In this document: one piece after another, positions 35,808 to 49,491 of the stretch
How positions within the stretch are numbered: the stretch's first letter is position 1
Layout: each line of letters opens with the position of its first letter
Origin: Phoronis australis
Taxonomy: Eukaryota > Animalia > Phoronida
Assembly: GCA_002633005.1 (NCBI GenBank)
Contig: NMRA01000807.1
Span: 1-64,000 of the forward strand
Reading direction: 5' to 3'
Length of the DNA stretch: 64,000 bases
Notes under the pieces: model-generated
Database searches by the model: none
What the model was told of the DNA's origin: nothing
Seen by the model: only the letters and a program-made list of their open reading frames with translations
Translations under genes and position numbers: made by a program

Positions 35808-36655
35808 TTCCAAGGTTACTATTCCGGAGGTTCACTACTCCGAAGATTCACTTCTCCGAAATTTTGCTACCTTCGAAAGTTCACTACTCCGAATGTCCAC
35901 AATTCCGAAACCAGAACTCATTACTCTGATTTTCTGCTAATGAGTCGGAACTGATGTGAATAAAGTATTGTATTTGTGTCCGTTTAGTAACCATTTATAG
36001 GGTGTGCAAGAGTTGAATAGTCCTTAAAACATTGATTACATCGTTTACAAATGAGCTTTAGTTCTAATCACTGCCAATCGTGTTTCTTGAATTTATCTAA
36101 CGGCTCATTCCCAATCATGCTGGGACAACGTACCTGGGGCACGGGTCAGGGCTGCGGCGAACAACGGCGGGTTGCAGTAAATTTAAGAAGTTGGAATGGG
36201 ACTCTCGGACTTCGTGAAGGGTGGCAGGGATAGGGTAACCTACGAACTACATTTAATTTCGTCGTATCCGGTGCGCGTGGGTGAGGTTGAAACGCAGCTG
36301 CCCTAAACTATTTAGTCGCAGAGTAAAATGAAGTGGTCTTGACATGGATTTGATGAATGTGTCGTGATTGACAATTCATCAATATTGCAGCAACTTCATG
36401 TTCTTTTAAAAATGCAAGTACATAGGCCTACTCATTTTTCCGTATTCATCATGAAGTTCAAGCAAAGTACTGTGGTAATTGGGCGTTGTTTTCGGTATAC
36501 CGATTCACCACTTAGTGCATCTAATAACCGAAGTATCGTTTATCGTTTATTTTTGAATGGTAAAGTATGAAAATTAAACCTGAGCTCGGAATTTTAGATT
36601 TGAATCTTCGAAGTAGTGAATGTTTGAAATGGTGAACCTTGGGAATAGTGTGCTC
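35808..36655. mobile_element. Possible MITE with inverted arrays of short subterminal repeats (ttcactactccgaa)
   Basis: A direct array at 35808-35910 and reverse-complement-like units (ttcgaagtagtgaa) at 36586-36650. Confidence 0.5.
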
Positions 36656-39600
36656 TTCCCATTTCCAGCGATGTAAGCAACTTATGTAACACGCAAAAAG
36701 ACAACAAGATAAAAAATTTTCAAATTCGTCCGAGTATGTAATGAGGTGTAATCACTCATTTAAGAACGCCTGATTTGAAAGTTTGGAAGGAAGTAACGCT
36801 AGAACGTTCTCTTTCTGGACCACTAAAGTTACATCCGAAGTTGAGTCCCGTTCTTTTCGACCAACCGTCCCGGCGTCCTCATTTCTGGTATTATGAATTC
36901 CGTCCATCTCAGGTAGATTACAGAGGCGGCGCAGCACTGCAAAAAGTAGGGGGTTATAGCCCACCCAGCCCCCTATGGTGCGCTGCCCATGATATAGAGC
37001 TGAGAGTCATCGTTCTGTATACACATTTCCCTCCCCCCCTAATCAAGCTTCAACAAGGGTCTTACCGAAAATTCTACAGAGTCGACGTTTGCAAATATCA
37101 AAAGTTCACCGTTCTAGAAATTCGAACCCGACAACCCGCGCAATGCTGGCTACAAGCGTGTCCAGGTTACGGACTTATATTTTAAAAAAATCCAGTGTCA
37201 TTTTCATTACAAAAACGTCAAACGAAACTCTCATTCTTATAAAAATGAGTCCGCCTAGTCGCATATTGAAGAAGTAATATATGTGTGTTATTAGGAAGAC
37301 CTGATCGCCTTTATAAACGGAATTCAATAAGATGACCCTACTGGTAGTTACTACTTTAGGCACTGACTAAAAGTAGTAGGCCTACGGGTGTTGGCTGGGA
37401 CAGGGACAAACTGGAATGTGTACAATATTTCTGCTTACACACCTGTGAGACTTAAGGTTACGTGTACTCCTATTTTACAAAAATACCATAAAAACATCGG
37501 CGCTAACTATATGGAAATACCCAGACACAGTTTTTGAGCATTTTTATCGAAGTTTTAATACAGAAAAATGGTGAATGAGGGTGTATGGACTTTTTCTCTA
37601 TCAATGTACCTTTCAAAAAACGTTTTTTGCCATGCTCACGTGACAACGAGAATTGATCAGTGTAGTGAATGACATGATTAGATTTGTGTCGATTCCTAGA
37701 AAATATACACTTTTCTCACGTGACCTGGAATGTGTTACGACACGACTGGTTAATAACACCGAACACGTAATTTTTTTGATATTGCATGGGCGAATCACAA
37801 AGTAGTGCAAAGTATAAATCTATACACCTTACATTTTATCGTCTGCAAAATACTAATACAAACAACAAAACGCGCCAACCAAACAATGCCGGAATTCCGT
37901 GAAGGTGACAAGGCTATGATTGACAAATTGAGTGTCGCAACTGTACATACTCCTAGTCGGTAGGACATGCAGACAACTTCTTCAGTGACGATTTCCATAT
38001 TCACGTTCATTCAAACGGAGACTAACCCCAACTCAAGAAACGCGGTGAGACTGCCTAGCTGTGCTTTCTCAAGGTCAATTCAGTGTTCACGCTGTTATTT
38101 ATAAACATTTGTTATGTTTTAATATTAAAATTACAGAGATTGTTTATTAGATTATAACTTGAGCATTTGTTACGAAAGATGAATGCAGTTTACAATTGTT
38201 AAGTTTAAAATAAAGCTATTAACAAAACCTATAAACCTGCTTTCCATTACAAAACCAATTTTGGATAGTTGCAGCAAGTGAGTGTAATGCGTGAAATTTG
38301 GGTTATTATTATAATGGATGTTGTCATGTTTTCAATTTGAAGCCTTTGAATCAGTTATAAAAAGTAACAAGAACGAATAAATACTTAAAACTAACCAAAA
38401 GAGACGTATGCGCCTTTGTGCGAAAAGGTTGGTTAGTAACTCATCATTTCGAAAAGGCGCATCGGTCTAATTACTTGAATACTCTGTAATTGCTTTACTG
38501 TCAAGTTTCGATCAATCTGATTACGGATAATAACGCATAACTTTGTTTTAGAAACACAAATGTGTTATAGGAATAGGTGTTATGTTGGGACGTATGGGTT
38601 TCTAATGAAACAAATGACTAAAATAGATAAATGTTTTTGTGACAGAAAGGATCGATTCATCTTGTTATATGTTGCTTTGATAGAACATCAACTTACGCCA
38701 AACGACAATGAAAGTTACAAGGTTATAATTGGCTTGTTTTGTTGCCGTAGAACTGCAGAGTAAATTCTAGTAATCGAGATGTGTACTAACGATGACTTCA
38801 AAGATTAGATATTGTAGACCAAATAAATGGAGAAATCATAATTGTTTTGATTCAGCGATCAATTTGAAATTTCTCATGCATTGAGACATTAAACACGTTG
38901 TTGTGCTGGTAAAAACAGATTGCAAAACTCAAATATTCCTTGTAATATTGTATTCTCATGCGCAAATTGTATTTTACAATACTCATCGAAATCCCCTTGG
39001 CAGCCAGCCTGAGGACAAATTCTGTGATTGACCCAGTCATGCACAATGCGAAGTAAACACTAGCCAGAAGCTCAATATATATGTACACCTTCTCCAGTTC
39101 AGACTTAGAAGAATTTATTGCACTGTAATGGCTGTCCGTTTCAATTAAACCACTAGACTGGAAAAACAATGACTGGCGTACTTGCATCTCAAAACTGATT
39201 GTATTTACGCGAGGTACTTATAAATTCCCCGCTTACGAAAGGTTCACTTCATGGGCTGGAATGTGGCAGAGGAGTATGTTTTTTTTCAATGAACGCCGCA
39301 AAAGAGTGTCCATTTCTGCAGAAGGGCTTCATAGTTTATTCAGGTTTCTGTTCTGTATTGAAAAGCCTACTGTTCAAAGTGTTAATATTTCAACTTGAAA
39401 TAATTCAATGGAAAAACACTTCGTTGAGTTTAAAGATTTTCTCGAACGGATTTTGGTAGTGGATGTATTCAGATAGCCCTGGTAATGGGAATGGCAAAAA
39501 CACGAGTCAGTAACATACTCAAACGCAGTGGTATTTTCGGAACACATTACGCCACTATGAGAAAACAAATAATGTACGTACGAACTAATTTTGTACATTC

Positions 39601-42040
39601 TACTAGTAGAAGTATGCATCTGAGCTACCGCGGGTACCAGCGAATACTTATCTCAAGGGGCTATTCTAATCAAACACTTCACAATATATATCAAATTAAG
39701 TAATATGTAACACGCTATAACGTTTTCCTCTTTTTGTTATCAAACTACAAGCCCGTTTGATCACAATTCTGAGCCGCAGTCCAAAACAGAAAAACATCGA
39801 CGATTCTCGGCTATTTCCGTGACATGAGTTCCCTGTTCTTCAGGTCTGGAACGCTTCCAGAATGAATTGCCGGGATGCCGTCTTGAAAACGTAGCGATAC
39901 TACATTAGCGTAAAACCGTTGTTTTTACTTGGCGAAATAAATTTCGCCAAGTATGTTGCTCTTCCACTAAGTTTTTTTTTGTTCGCACGATACAATACAG
40001 GTCGCAATTTTCGTTCGATCATCACGGAATTTACACATAACACGTAGTTCCGCAAGTACTGGAAGCCTATTGTTTTTCGTCATAATCGGATCCAAGATGG
40101 CGGCTGTGGCGGCCATTTTGTTTTCATTTTAAAATTCAAAGGCTTCTGTAGGCTACAATTTTTTGCATACAGGTTTGAAACTCAGCACAGTTAATGGACC
40201 GGATGTGCACTACAAGTGCACCGAAAATTGTTTACTTCCGGTTAAAGATGGTGGAAATATTGGCATTCGCGCATGTGCACCTCGATTTCGGGAAAAAAAC
40301 GTTTTCTCCTGTAGAGGGGGCAATATAGGGCAAATTCCTTTGAATTTTTGCGTTTATCCTTTTTTTATAATTTGCTATTATACAAAGCCAAAAAACCGGA
40401 AGTTGCTTTCAAGATGGCGGTTCTGGCGCATGTTGACCTATTTTCAGTCGTGCTAAGGTGCCACCTAAACGCGAGGAGAAAATGACGTGAATTTTTGCAT
40501 GTGGATTTTCTAAAGTATATTCTTTCAAAAGAACTGTAACAATTTTTTCTCAAACTTACCGTTTTTGAGATATTTGACTTTAAATTTCTTAAAAAAACCC
40601 AAAATTTCATTTTTTTCGAAAAAATTTATGGAATTGGGAATTGTGTGATACTATCAATTTCGATAAAATTTTGAACGAGCTTTCACAAGATATTTTCCAT
40701 TTTCCGCTAAGACGTCTACTTTTTGAGTTATTTGAGATTTTCTGATAACGCTGTTCCTTTGTTGAGCGCTCTTGCTGCATTGATGTAGGTTTAGCTTCTA
40801 TTGAACTAGACTGTAGCCTATTTCTTATTGATTTATGACATCTAAAATCGTCATATGAATGCTATGATGTTGTTCATAATCGCCACCACCATCATCATAT
40901 TCGTCATCTTCGTCATCATCTCCGACGTCGTCTTTTTTTTCGATAATTTCGCCAAGTGTCGCTCAAGACTGTAGCCTATTTCTTAATGATTTCTGACCTC
41001 TACGTTCGTTATATGAATGATATCATAACTTGCACTGTCCATCATCGCCACCATCGTCGTCATAGCTGTCATCTTCGTCATCATCTTTGTCGTCGTCTTT
41101 TCTCGTCATCTCTAACATGGCTTTTTTGGTTAATTTCGCCAAGTTTCGCTCCTCAGAGCGCTTTCATTTTTTTTGTTTGTTCGCACGATACAGGTCGCAT
41201 TTTTCGTCCGATCCGCACGAAATTTACGCACAACTTGTAGTTAAAAAAGAGCTAGAAGCCTATTTGTTTTCGTCATTTTCAGATCCAAGATGGCGACGTA
41301 GCGGCCATTTCGTTTGTGATTTCCGATTCAAATGCTCATGGGGGCCATAATTTTTGACGTACACGATTAAAAACAGTATGGTTGTTCTACCAGACGTGTT
41401 CTATGTCTGAACTGAAAGAGATAACATGTGGCGTCCCCCAGGTTTCTATTCTGGGCCCCTTGTTATTTCTCTTGTATGTCAATGACATGGAATCTGCAGA
41501 CAATTGTAATGTTCTTCTGTACGCAGACGATTCTGCCTTATTTTTTCACATACGAACTTCTCCTTTATTGAGCTCAATAACCCATGTAATTGGTTTATTG
41601 ACAACAAACTTTCCCTTTATGTTGGTAAAACTCAATCGTTTATTTTTAGTAAATCAAACTATATTGATTTTAATGTAACTTGTAAGGATAGTGTTATCAC
41701 TTCATGCTCATCTTGAAGTTATCTTGGTCTTCAACTGCATAAAAAGCTCTGTTTTGAGGAATCAGTCAAGTCTATTATTAAAAATGCAATTGCAGACTAA
41801 AATTTATGTACAAGCATAGAGATTGCTTCGACCATAAGTCACGTAAAACCCTGTGCAATTCACTAATAATTCCTTTGTTTGGTTATGCCTGTTTAAGCTG
41901 GTTTTCCAGTTTAAATAGTTGTCTTCGCAAAAGGGTGCAGGTGTTTCAAGATAAATTAATTAGATATTTACTCAGTTTACACCCTCGTATTCACATAATA
42001 ACTCCATATACTAAAGAAAACAACAACGGTTTTAAGTCGA

Positions 42041-42085
42041 CTTGACATGTTTCGGTGTCATTTATTCAAACACCATCATCAGAAG
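42041..42085 (-). ncRNA. Minimal type I hammerhead ribozyme motif (Penelope pLTR)
   Basis: Reverse complement of the motif at 44388-44432. Confidence 0.75.
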
Positions 42086-44387
42086 AGAGAATGCAGTGGC
42101 CACCTAGCTAGGCCCAGCAACAAGTAATGAAGCACAGATGCAGTCAGTTACAGGGAGTGACAATGAACTAGACCAACAATGACAACTTGTGGTGTGTCAG
42201 TTGCCTATTGAGATTGGGCTTGCACTAATTGATGTGTAGAGCCTCACGAATTTTAAGCTTCTTTGTTGTTACTGCCTGGTCTATTATTGCAAAGTCAGTG
42301 AAAGAGCACTGCTGAATTTAGATGTTCCTTGGTCCTGGTTTTCAAATGGCGAACAGTTTCGCCGAAATAACGGCTGCCACATCCAGCACAGATAAATTTG
42401 TACACTACCCTGGACCGTAGACCCATAGGAATTTTGTCCTTAGGGTTAAATAAATTTGACAGTTTCAGAGACTTGAATCTTAATACAACACTTATGTTTA
42501 CACAGTAATCATTCACCAATTTGTTGAGTTTTCGTTGAGCAATCTTGGCGTAAAACCCAACATACGGTACTTTAAAGTAATTGTAGTTAGTTTTGTCTAC
42601 AGGATGAATATCATCAGGGTTACGTTGGAGTCTTGCTTTCAGTACCCTATTGACTAATTCTAGGGGATAGCCATTCTTTTGCAAATTCGTTGTGAGTTCT
42701 TTAATATTAGAATCAAATCTAGCCCAAGTGTTGTTAATGCGATACACCCTGTCCATTAGAGTTTTAATGAGACCTACTTTATAAACAAAGGATGAGCAGC
42801 TATGAAAACAAGTGTACAAAACACATCATATACATATCGTCGGTAGAAATAGACATGAGGACCAGTGTGCGTCTCAATCCATGTTTTCTCATGGTGACCT
42901 AAAAACATGCCGTCTAATATGGAGCTAAAGGTGAACTCATTGCTATACCATCACTTTTGGTTTAAAAACCTCCCCATTAAATACAAAATGGGTTTTGCTG
43001 GTATCAAATTTGAATAGCTCCATGAGTTCAGCTCCAGTATTCTTTACACGGGGATAGTTTTTCATTATACAGTCAGTAGCCAAAGATATACATTCTGTCC
43101 ACAGGTAGGTTAGAAAACAAACTCGCAATATCAAAAGAAGCCATGAACCGATTCCTGAGAACTTGACCCCTAACCTCAGAAACAAAAGAGAATGTATCAC
43201 CTGCTATGTAGTCCTCATTTATATGTGGTTTGAATAGCTTACATAGGTACTTGGCAAGATTATAATTGAAAGTATTCACAGATGACACAATAGGTCTAAA
43301 TGGAGGAATGGTATCCTCTGTCTGTTTGTGTATTTTTGGTAAGCCATATAATTTACCTGGCTGTGAACCTTGTGGATACAAATAGTTGTACGTCTCAGTA
43401 TCTAAACGACCATCATTCTTAATTTTGCGTAAAAACCTCTGCAACTGTCCTTCTCTAGTTAGTGTAGGATCTGCTTTGACACGTCTAAACTTCGATACAT
43501 CACTCAGAATTTCATTCAAAAATTGACATAATTATTACGATCTAAAATTACTACACCATTTCCCTTATCGGGTCTAATTATCATTAGGTTTTTGTTTTGT
43601 GGCAGTTCCTTGATCACCTTAAACTTTCTCAAATCACTCCAAGATGGCCTGTGGGACGACACATATGTTGACGCTAATCTTGTTAAATCAGCCTTCAGTT
43701 AAGTCCCTGCTAATATTAAAGAACTCACAACGAATTTGCAAAAGAATGGCTATCCCCTAGAATTAGTCAATAGGGCACTGAAAGCAAGACTCCAACGTAA
43801 CCCTGATGATATATATCCTGTAGACAAAACTAACTACAAGTACTTTAAAGTACCGTATGTTGGGTTTTACGCCAAGATTGCTCAACGAAAACTCAACAAA
43901 TTGGTAAATGATTACTGTGTAAACTTAATAGTTGTATTAACATTCAAATCTCTGAAACTGTCGAATTTATTTAACCCTAAGGACAAAATTCCTATGGGTC
44001 TACGGTCCAGGGTAGTGTACAAATTTATCTGTGCTGGATGTGGCTGCAGTTATTTCGGCGAAACTGTTCGCCATTTGAAAACCAGGATCAAGGAACCTCT
44101 AAATTCTGACAGAGGTTCACATGTAGATATTCACCTACAGAGCTCCAATCATTGTTATTAGCAGTGCTCTTTCAATGACTTTGCAATAATAGACCTGGCA
44201 GTAACAACAAATGAGCTTAAAATTCGTGAGGCTCTACTCATCAATTAGTGCAAGCCCAATCTCAATAGGCAACTGACACACCAAAAGTTGTCATTGTTGG
44301 TCTAGTTCATTGTCACTCCCTGTAACTGACTGTATCTGTGCTTCATTACTTGTTGCTGAGCCTAGCTATGTGGCCACTGCATTCTCT

Positions 44388-44432
44388 CTTCTGATGATGG
44401 TGTTTGAATAAATGACACCGAAACATGTCAAG
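44388..44432 (+). ncRNA. Minimal type I hammerhead ribozyme motif (Penelope pLTR)
   Basis: ctt-CTGATGA-t-GGTGT(ttgaataaatg)ACACC-GAAA-catGTC-aag. The core, stem II, short palindromic stem III, GUC cleavage triplet and a short ctt/aag stem I are all present. Confidence 0.75.
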
Positions 44433-45568
44433 TCGACTTAAAACCATTGTTGTTTTCTTCAAAATATGAACTCACATTAGTTTTTATCGCTTTTATTCTC
44501 TTGGGTGGCTAAGTATTAAAAAACTTGGGTTAACCAACTCAAGCGCCACCTTATTCATAAAATTGTTCATGGCAACGCCCCAAATTATCTCCTTGATCAC
44601 TTTTCAGCATTTAAACCACTCCATTCTCACAGTACTAGGAGCAATAATGGTTTTATTCAACCAAGAGTCAAAACACACGGATCTAAAATTTTATTAAATT
44701 CAATCATAGTTATTTGGAATTCACTTGGTGGCCACTTGAGAGATATTACAGATACAAATAGTTTCAAACGACAAATCAAACAATACCTATTTAGCCTTAT
44801 TGAGACAAGTGATAACTCCGCTTTTATTTATTAATTTTATTTATTTATTTGTCATCTATCATGTCACTTCATTTTTCAATCTTTCTCAGCTCTTTTCGCC
44901 TATACTTAGCTTTTCTGTCATGTTTCATTCCTCCTGTGTAATTATTCATAATTACTTATTTATTCCTAATATTTATTTTCTTTAATTTTTCACTTTGTGT
45001 AAGGACCACCACGGAAATAAGTTTTTAACTTTTGATGTTATCCAGATAGTGTACATAATTATTTTTTATATCTTTATTATTGTAATCTATGTGTATTGTG
45101 GAATAAATTTATAATAATAATAATAATAAAGTTTTACAAATGTGCCGCAAATCTTTAACTTCCGGTTAAAGATGGCGGAAATATCGGCTGTTGCGCATGC
45201 GCACCTCGATTTCGAGACGAAAACGTTTTGTCCTGTAGAAGGCACATTGTAAGATCAATTGCTTTGAAACTTTTCAGGTGTTAGTTTCTTGTAACTAGCT
45301 ATTATGAAGTGCTGCGTAACCGGAAGTTGCTTTCTAGAGGGCGGATCTGGCGCATTTTCACCCATTTTCAATTGTGCTGGGGTGCCATTTTGAACGGGAA
45401 GAGATAATGACGTGAATTTTTGTGTGTTGATTGTAACGTTTTTTTTTTCTCGGACTTACCGTTTTTTGAGTTATTTGCCTTTGAATTTCAAAAAATACAA
45501 ATTATGAAATTTTTCGAAAATTTTACGAAATTTTGTAAATCTACATAGTTAGATAGAGTTAATTAAGT

Positions 45569-46846
45569 CGCCGCCTAAATAAAAAAGTTTATGTTCAAAC
45601 AACGTTTCGTATATTCATTAGGCATCATCAGGATCATTTTTACAGCAATTTAGGACAGCAAGTGCCAACATACAGCTCAGGTAAAATCCATAAAGTGAAT
45701 TGAGAGATACAGGGAATAAAGACACATAGCTGGTCATCACCATAGTTGCAGGGTCACTGAGCTCTGCATGTTATTCAGAGAATCAGTGGCATGCTGGTTC
45801 TGAATGGCCAATGACTCTTTAATGTTCGGTAACTCCTTATTAGGTTCTCTGCAGATAATACTAACTGAATTGGCTTGGCGATTGTTGCTAACACAATGCC
45901 TATATATGTTGATTTTCTCTGAGGTGTGATGTTCTTTCAGCCTGTCACAGTGGCTTTTCTGTGGATTCCGATATAGAATTCCTTACAGTTGTCACATTCA
46001 ACCTCATAAACAACATTGCTCTTGTTTAATAAAGTGATGGGTGACTTCAGTTTACACAGCGTATTGGAAAGTTTCCGAATAGGTTTGAAAACCACTATCA
46101 GTTCAATGGCTGGGTTTATGCAATGAATAAGGCGAGATAATTGACGTTTTAATTTTATACTACTTGGCACGGTGTAACCAAGAGAAAAGAAAACTTTCTT
46201 TTTCTCGGGTCCAATAACAGCTACTTTATCTGCCTCATTCATTTTTGAAAGAAAGTGTCTTTTACAGCTATTCAGAAAATTCAGAGGGTAACCATTGGCA
46301 CGCAATAACTGGAAAATCCTTGATACGTCACTATCAAAATTTAAATTGGTGGAACAAATTCTCCAGGTACGGTGTAACAACCAATTGACTAGACCTCTCT
46401 TGTACTGGATCGGCACAAAACTATCAAATTTAAGATAAAGCCCAGAAAAATTGGGCTTACGATACACAGATGTAACAATGGTGCTGTTTAACCAAGACAT
46501 CTAGAAAAGGTAAAAACGACTCGCGCTCAGATTCACTGGTGAAGTTGATGGACGGATGCATATTGTTCATTTGATTAAAAAAGGTGTTGACTGAGTTCTT
46601 GGATGAAAAGACAACAAACGTATCGTTCACATACCTACGATAAAATTGTGGTTTACAATCCGGTGGACAACTAGGCAGAGCCTCAGTCTCAAGATTGCAC
46701 CTGAAAATATTAGCTAACACTGGTCCCAGTTCAGATTGACGGAGAGGCCATGGGTTCACTCTAAGTTGTTGTAAATATGATCCTGATGACGTCTAATACA
46801 TAGACAAAACATTGATTGAACATGAACTTTTTTATTTGTGCGGCGA
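45569..46846 (-). mobile_element. Second Penelope-like family (RT C-terminal half + GIY-YIG) with short inverted pLTRs carrying degenerate hammerhead cores
   Basis: LGPVLANIF, YRRYVNDTF, LPFLDVLV, TSVYRKP and NVVYEVECDNCKEFYIG. 45569-45637 (-) and 46777-46846 (+) are inverted homologues containing CTGATGA...GAAAC and CTGATGA...AAAAC respectively. Confidence 0.88.
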
Positions 46847-49431
46847 TCGTCCGGTTTTTAGATAGAGTTGTGAACGGGCTTTCAGAAGATATTTTTAATT
46901 TTTGCTTGGACTCTACTTGTGCTAAATGCTTATAGAGGTCGTATTTTTTTACGTACACGGCTGAAAATGGGTACAATTATTGTGACAGACGTGTGCTACA
47001 GATATGCCGGAAATCATTTAGGCCATCGGCCGGTAAAAGATGACTGAAATATCGGCAATTGTGCATGTGCAACTCGATTTCGGGATGAAAACGTTTTGTC
47101 CTGTAGAGGGCGCATGGTTGAACCAATAGCTTCGAAATTTTTCATGTTCTAGTTTCCTGTGACTAGCTATTATCAAGTTCTGCTTAACCGGAAGTTGCGT
47201 TCAACATGGCGGATCTCGCGCATTTTCACCCATTTTCAATTGTGTTGGGGTGCCATTTTGAACGGGAAGAGCAAACGACGTGAATTTTTGCATGTGTATT
47301 CTTTAAGTTATACTCTTTCAAATGATCTCTACCATTTTTTCTCAGACTTACCCTTTTTGAGTTATTTGACTTTGAATTTCAAAAAATGCAAAATTTTTCG
47401 AAAATTTCGTAAACTTTTTTGAAACTATACCGCTTGCTAGTGTTTTTAATGGGCTTTCAGAAGACGTTTACCATTTTTTTGCTACAACATGTACTTTTTG
47501 AATTATTCGAGATTTCCTGATAAAGCTGTTCCTTTTTTGACTGGTTTTGCTGAATTTTTGTTGGTTTACCGTCTATTGAACAAGACTTTAGCTTATTTCT
47601 TACTAATTTCTGACATCTTCATTCGTCATATGATTGCTATTATCATGTTCATCATTGCCACTTTCATCGTCACCATCATTGTCATCATCATCTCCATTGT
47701 CGTATGTTCAGTCAATTTCGCCAAGTGTCGCTCTTCCGAGCACTTTATTTTGTTTTGTTGTTTTTGTTTTGCATTGTGGTTCCTGTAATCCAATTTGGTT
47801 GTCTGTTGTTAATATTTAGCCATTTATTTGCATATAAAGCTTAGTGTCTAATTTTAACTAAGGTACGGCAAATTTCAGCTAAAGGACCCACTGTACTCTG
47901 GAATTTACTGACAGGAAAAATCTTTCGCGATCTATAAGTGCTTTTCTTCATCGCCCTAGCGTGAAACTGGGAACAAGCTACAGAGGCCGTTGTCCGACAA
48001 TTGCCGAGGCTACTGACAACTGCCTTCCTTTCCACTTGGCAGCAAACCAGTCGTCCTTGCTGGCCGTCAAACTGTGAAGTAATAAAAAACAACTACGCAA
48101 GTTGATTTTTTAACAAGTAGTAACGCGCACCTTTGTTCCGGTGATTTTTCTGCCCGGCTCCCAAGAGACAAATCCTATTATAGTGAAAAGGTTTGCAATC
48201 GATTTCCCCGTTGTCTAAGAATAAAATCCCCGCGATTAATTAACCAAAACACAAAGTCAATGACCAAAAGGCGGTGCGTGACGGGAAGGAGTGTAGTTAA
48301 CAGTAGTTTATTAGTTGAATGTTTGCGATGGGAAAGTTGTGGACGCAGCATTTTTTCATGTATTCAAGGCCTGCGTGCAACAAGTGCCCTTCCTGCACGG
48401 TACCTTGTTCCCGTCGGTGTTCCAGTTGGCCTAGTAGTTTATAGGAACCTATCTGAAGTAATGAAAATTCTTCCTTATACGTTTAATCTCATTGATAATT
48501 AAACTATACCACTTGTCCATGTATCAAGTATTCTTTCTGAAGTTGTTCACCGGCAGTTGTATTCTGAGAAGTAGGCTGTCGCTCACTGTTCATGCAAGGT
48601 AACCGAAGTGGGTCAAAGTCGTCGGTGACTCCGGTGGAAATTCAATTACTTAGTTGCCAATCTAATCTTTAGCTTTCTTATCGTATGTTTTTTTGTTGCG
48701 CTGCCAACGACCGTCGAAGATTCAGAGAACTCGCGCGAATATCGTCGAAAACTATCAATCGTTAACATTGCTCTGTTTTCAACAAATATTGTCTACAGGA
48801 CTAGGTCATTCTTAATTGTTTGAATTAACCGAAGGATTCTTGCGAGGACGTAGATAGAGGAAAGTCCGTTCATTGATATACATCTGGCAATTTATGAGTT
48901 CACATGCGGCCAGACTGATGCTTTTACCATATTGTAGGAGCATTTTCACACGTGCTCGGTTACCGTTCCATGTAGGCTTTAAATTCTCGGCATAAGGATT
49001 GTGTTAACATTATGGAAAACTACGAAACTGACTTTACACCACAATTCCCAAAAAGGGTCGCAGTGCAGGCTATTTAAAAGGGTGGTCGTTTTCTGTTTCT
49101 TTTGCCGATTCATTGAAATCACTAAAAGTATCCGTATTCTAATTTGCAATTGACGCACGTCGTCAAAATACAGTAAGTACCCGCAAAGTTCAAGTTTGGA
49201 CTTGCAATTTCATTGAATGAATCACAGTTTACGGTTCACGCGCACTTATCAACCGCGCACATTCGTTGAAGTTCTCGCTGATTTTTCACCAGTAATGTTC
49301 TTGGCACCAGTAATTTCTTCCGTTTCAACTAATTTCTTCGTTAGTCATGCCGTTTCCGGTTCCCACGTTTTCATTAGTAGAGCTGTATTTTTCGATTCAT
49401 ATGGGACCTGATGTCGACATAGTCGTCGTCG

Positions 49432-49432
<1 letters not shown>

Positions 49433-49491
<59 letters not shown>
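49433..49491. repeat. (ATC)n microsatellite
   Basis: A pure ATC run; it produces the poly-D and poly-I ORFs. Confidence 0.97.

Larger units (their letters stand above)
42013..44459 (-). mobile_element. Penelope-like element (RT + GIY-YIG) with an inverted duplicate of its 3' part
   Basis: Minus strand: PDKGNGVVILD, LYGLPKIHK..PFRPIVSS..YNLAKYL, SFDIASLFSN and VVYKFICAGCGSRYFGETVRHLKTR. 43711-44459 (+) is the reverse complement of 42013-42710. The element is frameshifted. Confidence 0.92.
41382..45129 (+). mobile_element. 5'-truncated CR1-group (L2/Crack-like) LINE split by a Penelope insertion; pieces at 41382-42007 and 44470-45129
   Basis: ITCGVPQVSILGPLLFLLYVNDM, LYADDSAL and KTLCNSLIIPLFGYAC..W precede the insert. 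After it come LGWL..PNYL..HSHSTRS..IWNSL..SFKRQIK, a 3' UTR ggaccaccacggaaataag and an (AAT)n tail at 45112-45129. Confidence 0.85.
39922..47750 (+). mobile_element. Tandem Helentron-associated (HINE/DINE-1-like) units hosting nested retroelements; pieces at 39922-41380, 45130-45540 and 46990-47750
   Basis: The 5' end is T-tract + acttggcgaa-ataaat-ttcgccaagt (subTIR plus inverted copy). The 3' ends are ttcgccaagt + hairpin cgctc..gagcg + T-tract at 41135-41170 and 47717-47750, with a related end at 3291-3327. The internal block recurs three times. Confidence 0.7.

Noticed and set aside
38852-39187. 111-aa ORF, or a possible Kolobok accessory (KolX-like) relic
   Set aside because: There is only a vague GWL..G.R resemblance in another frame, which is not supportable.
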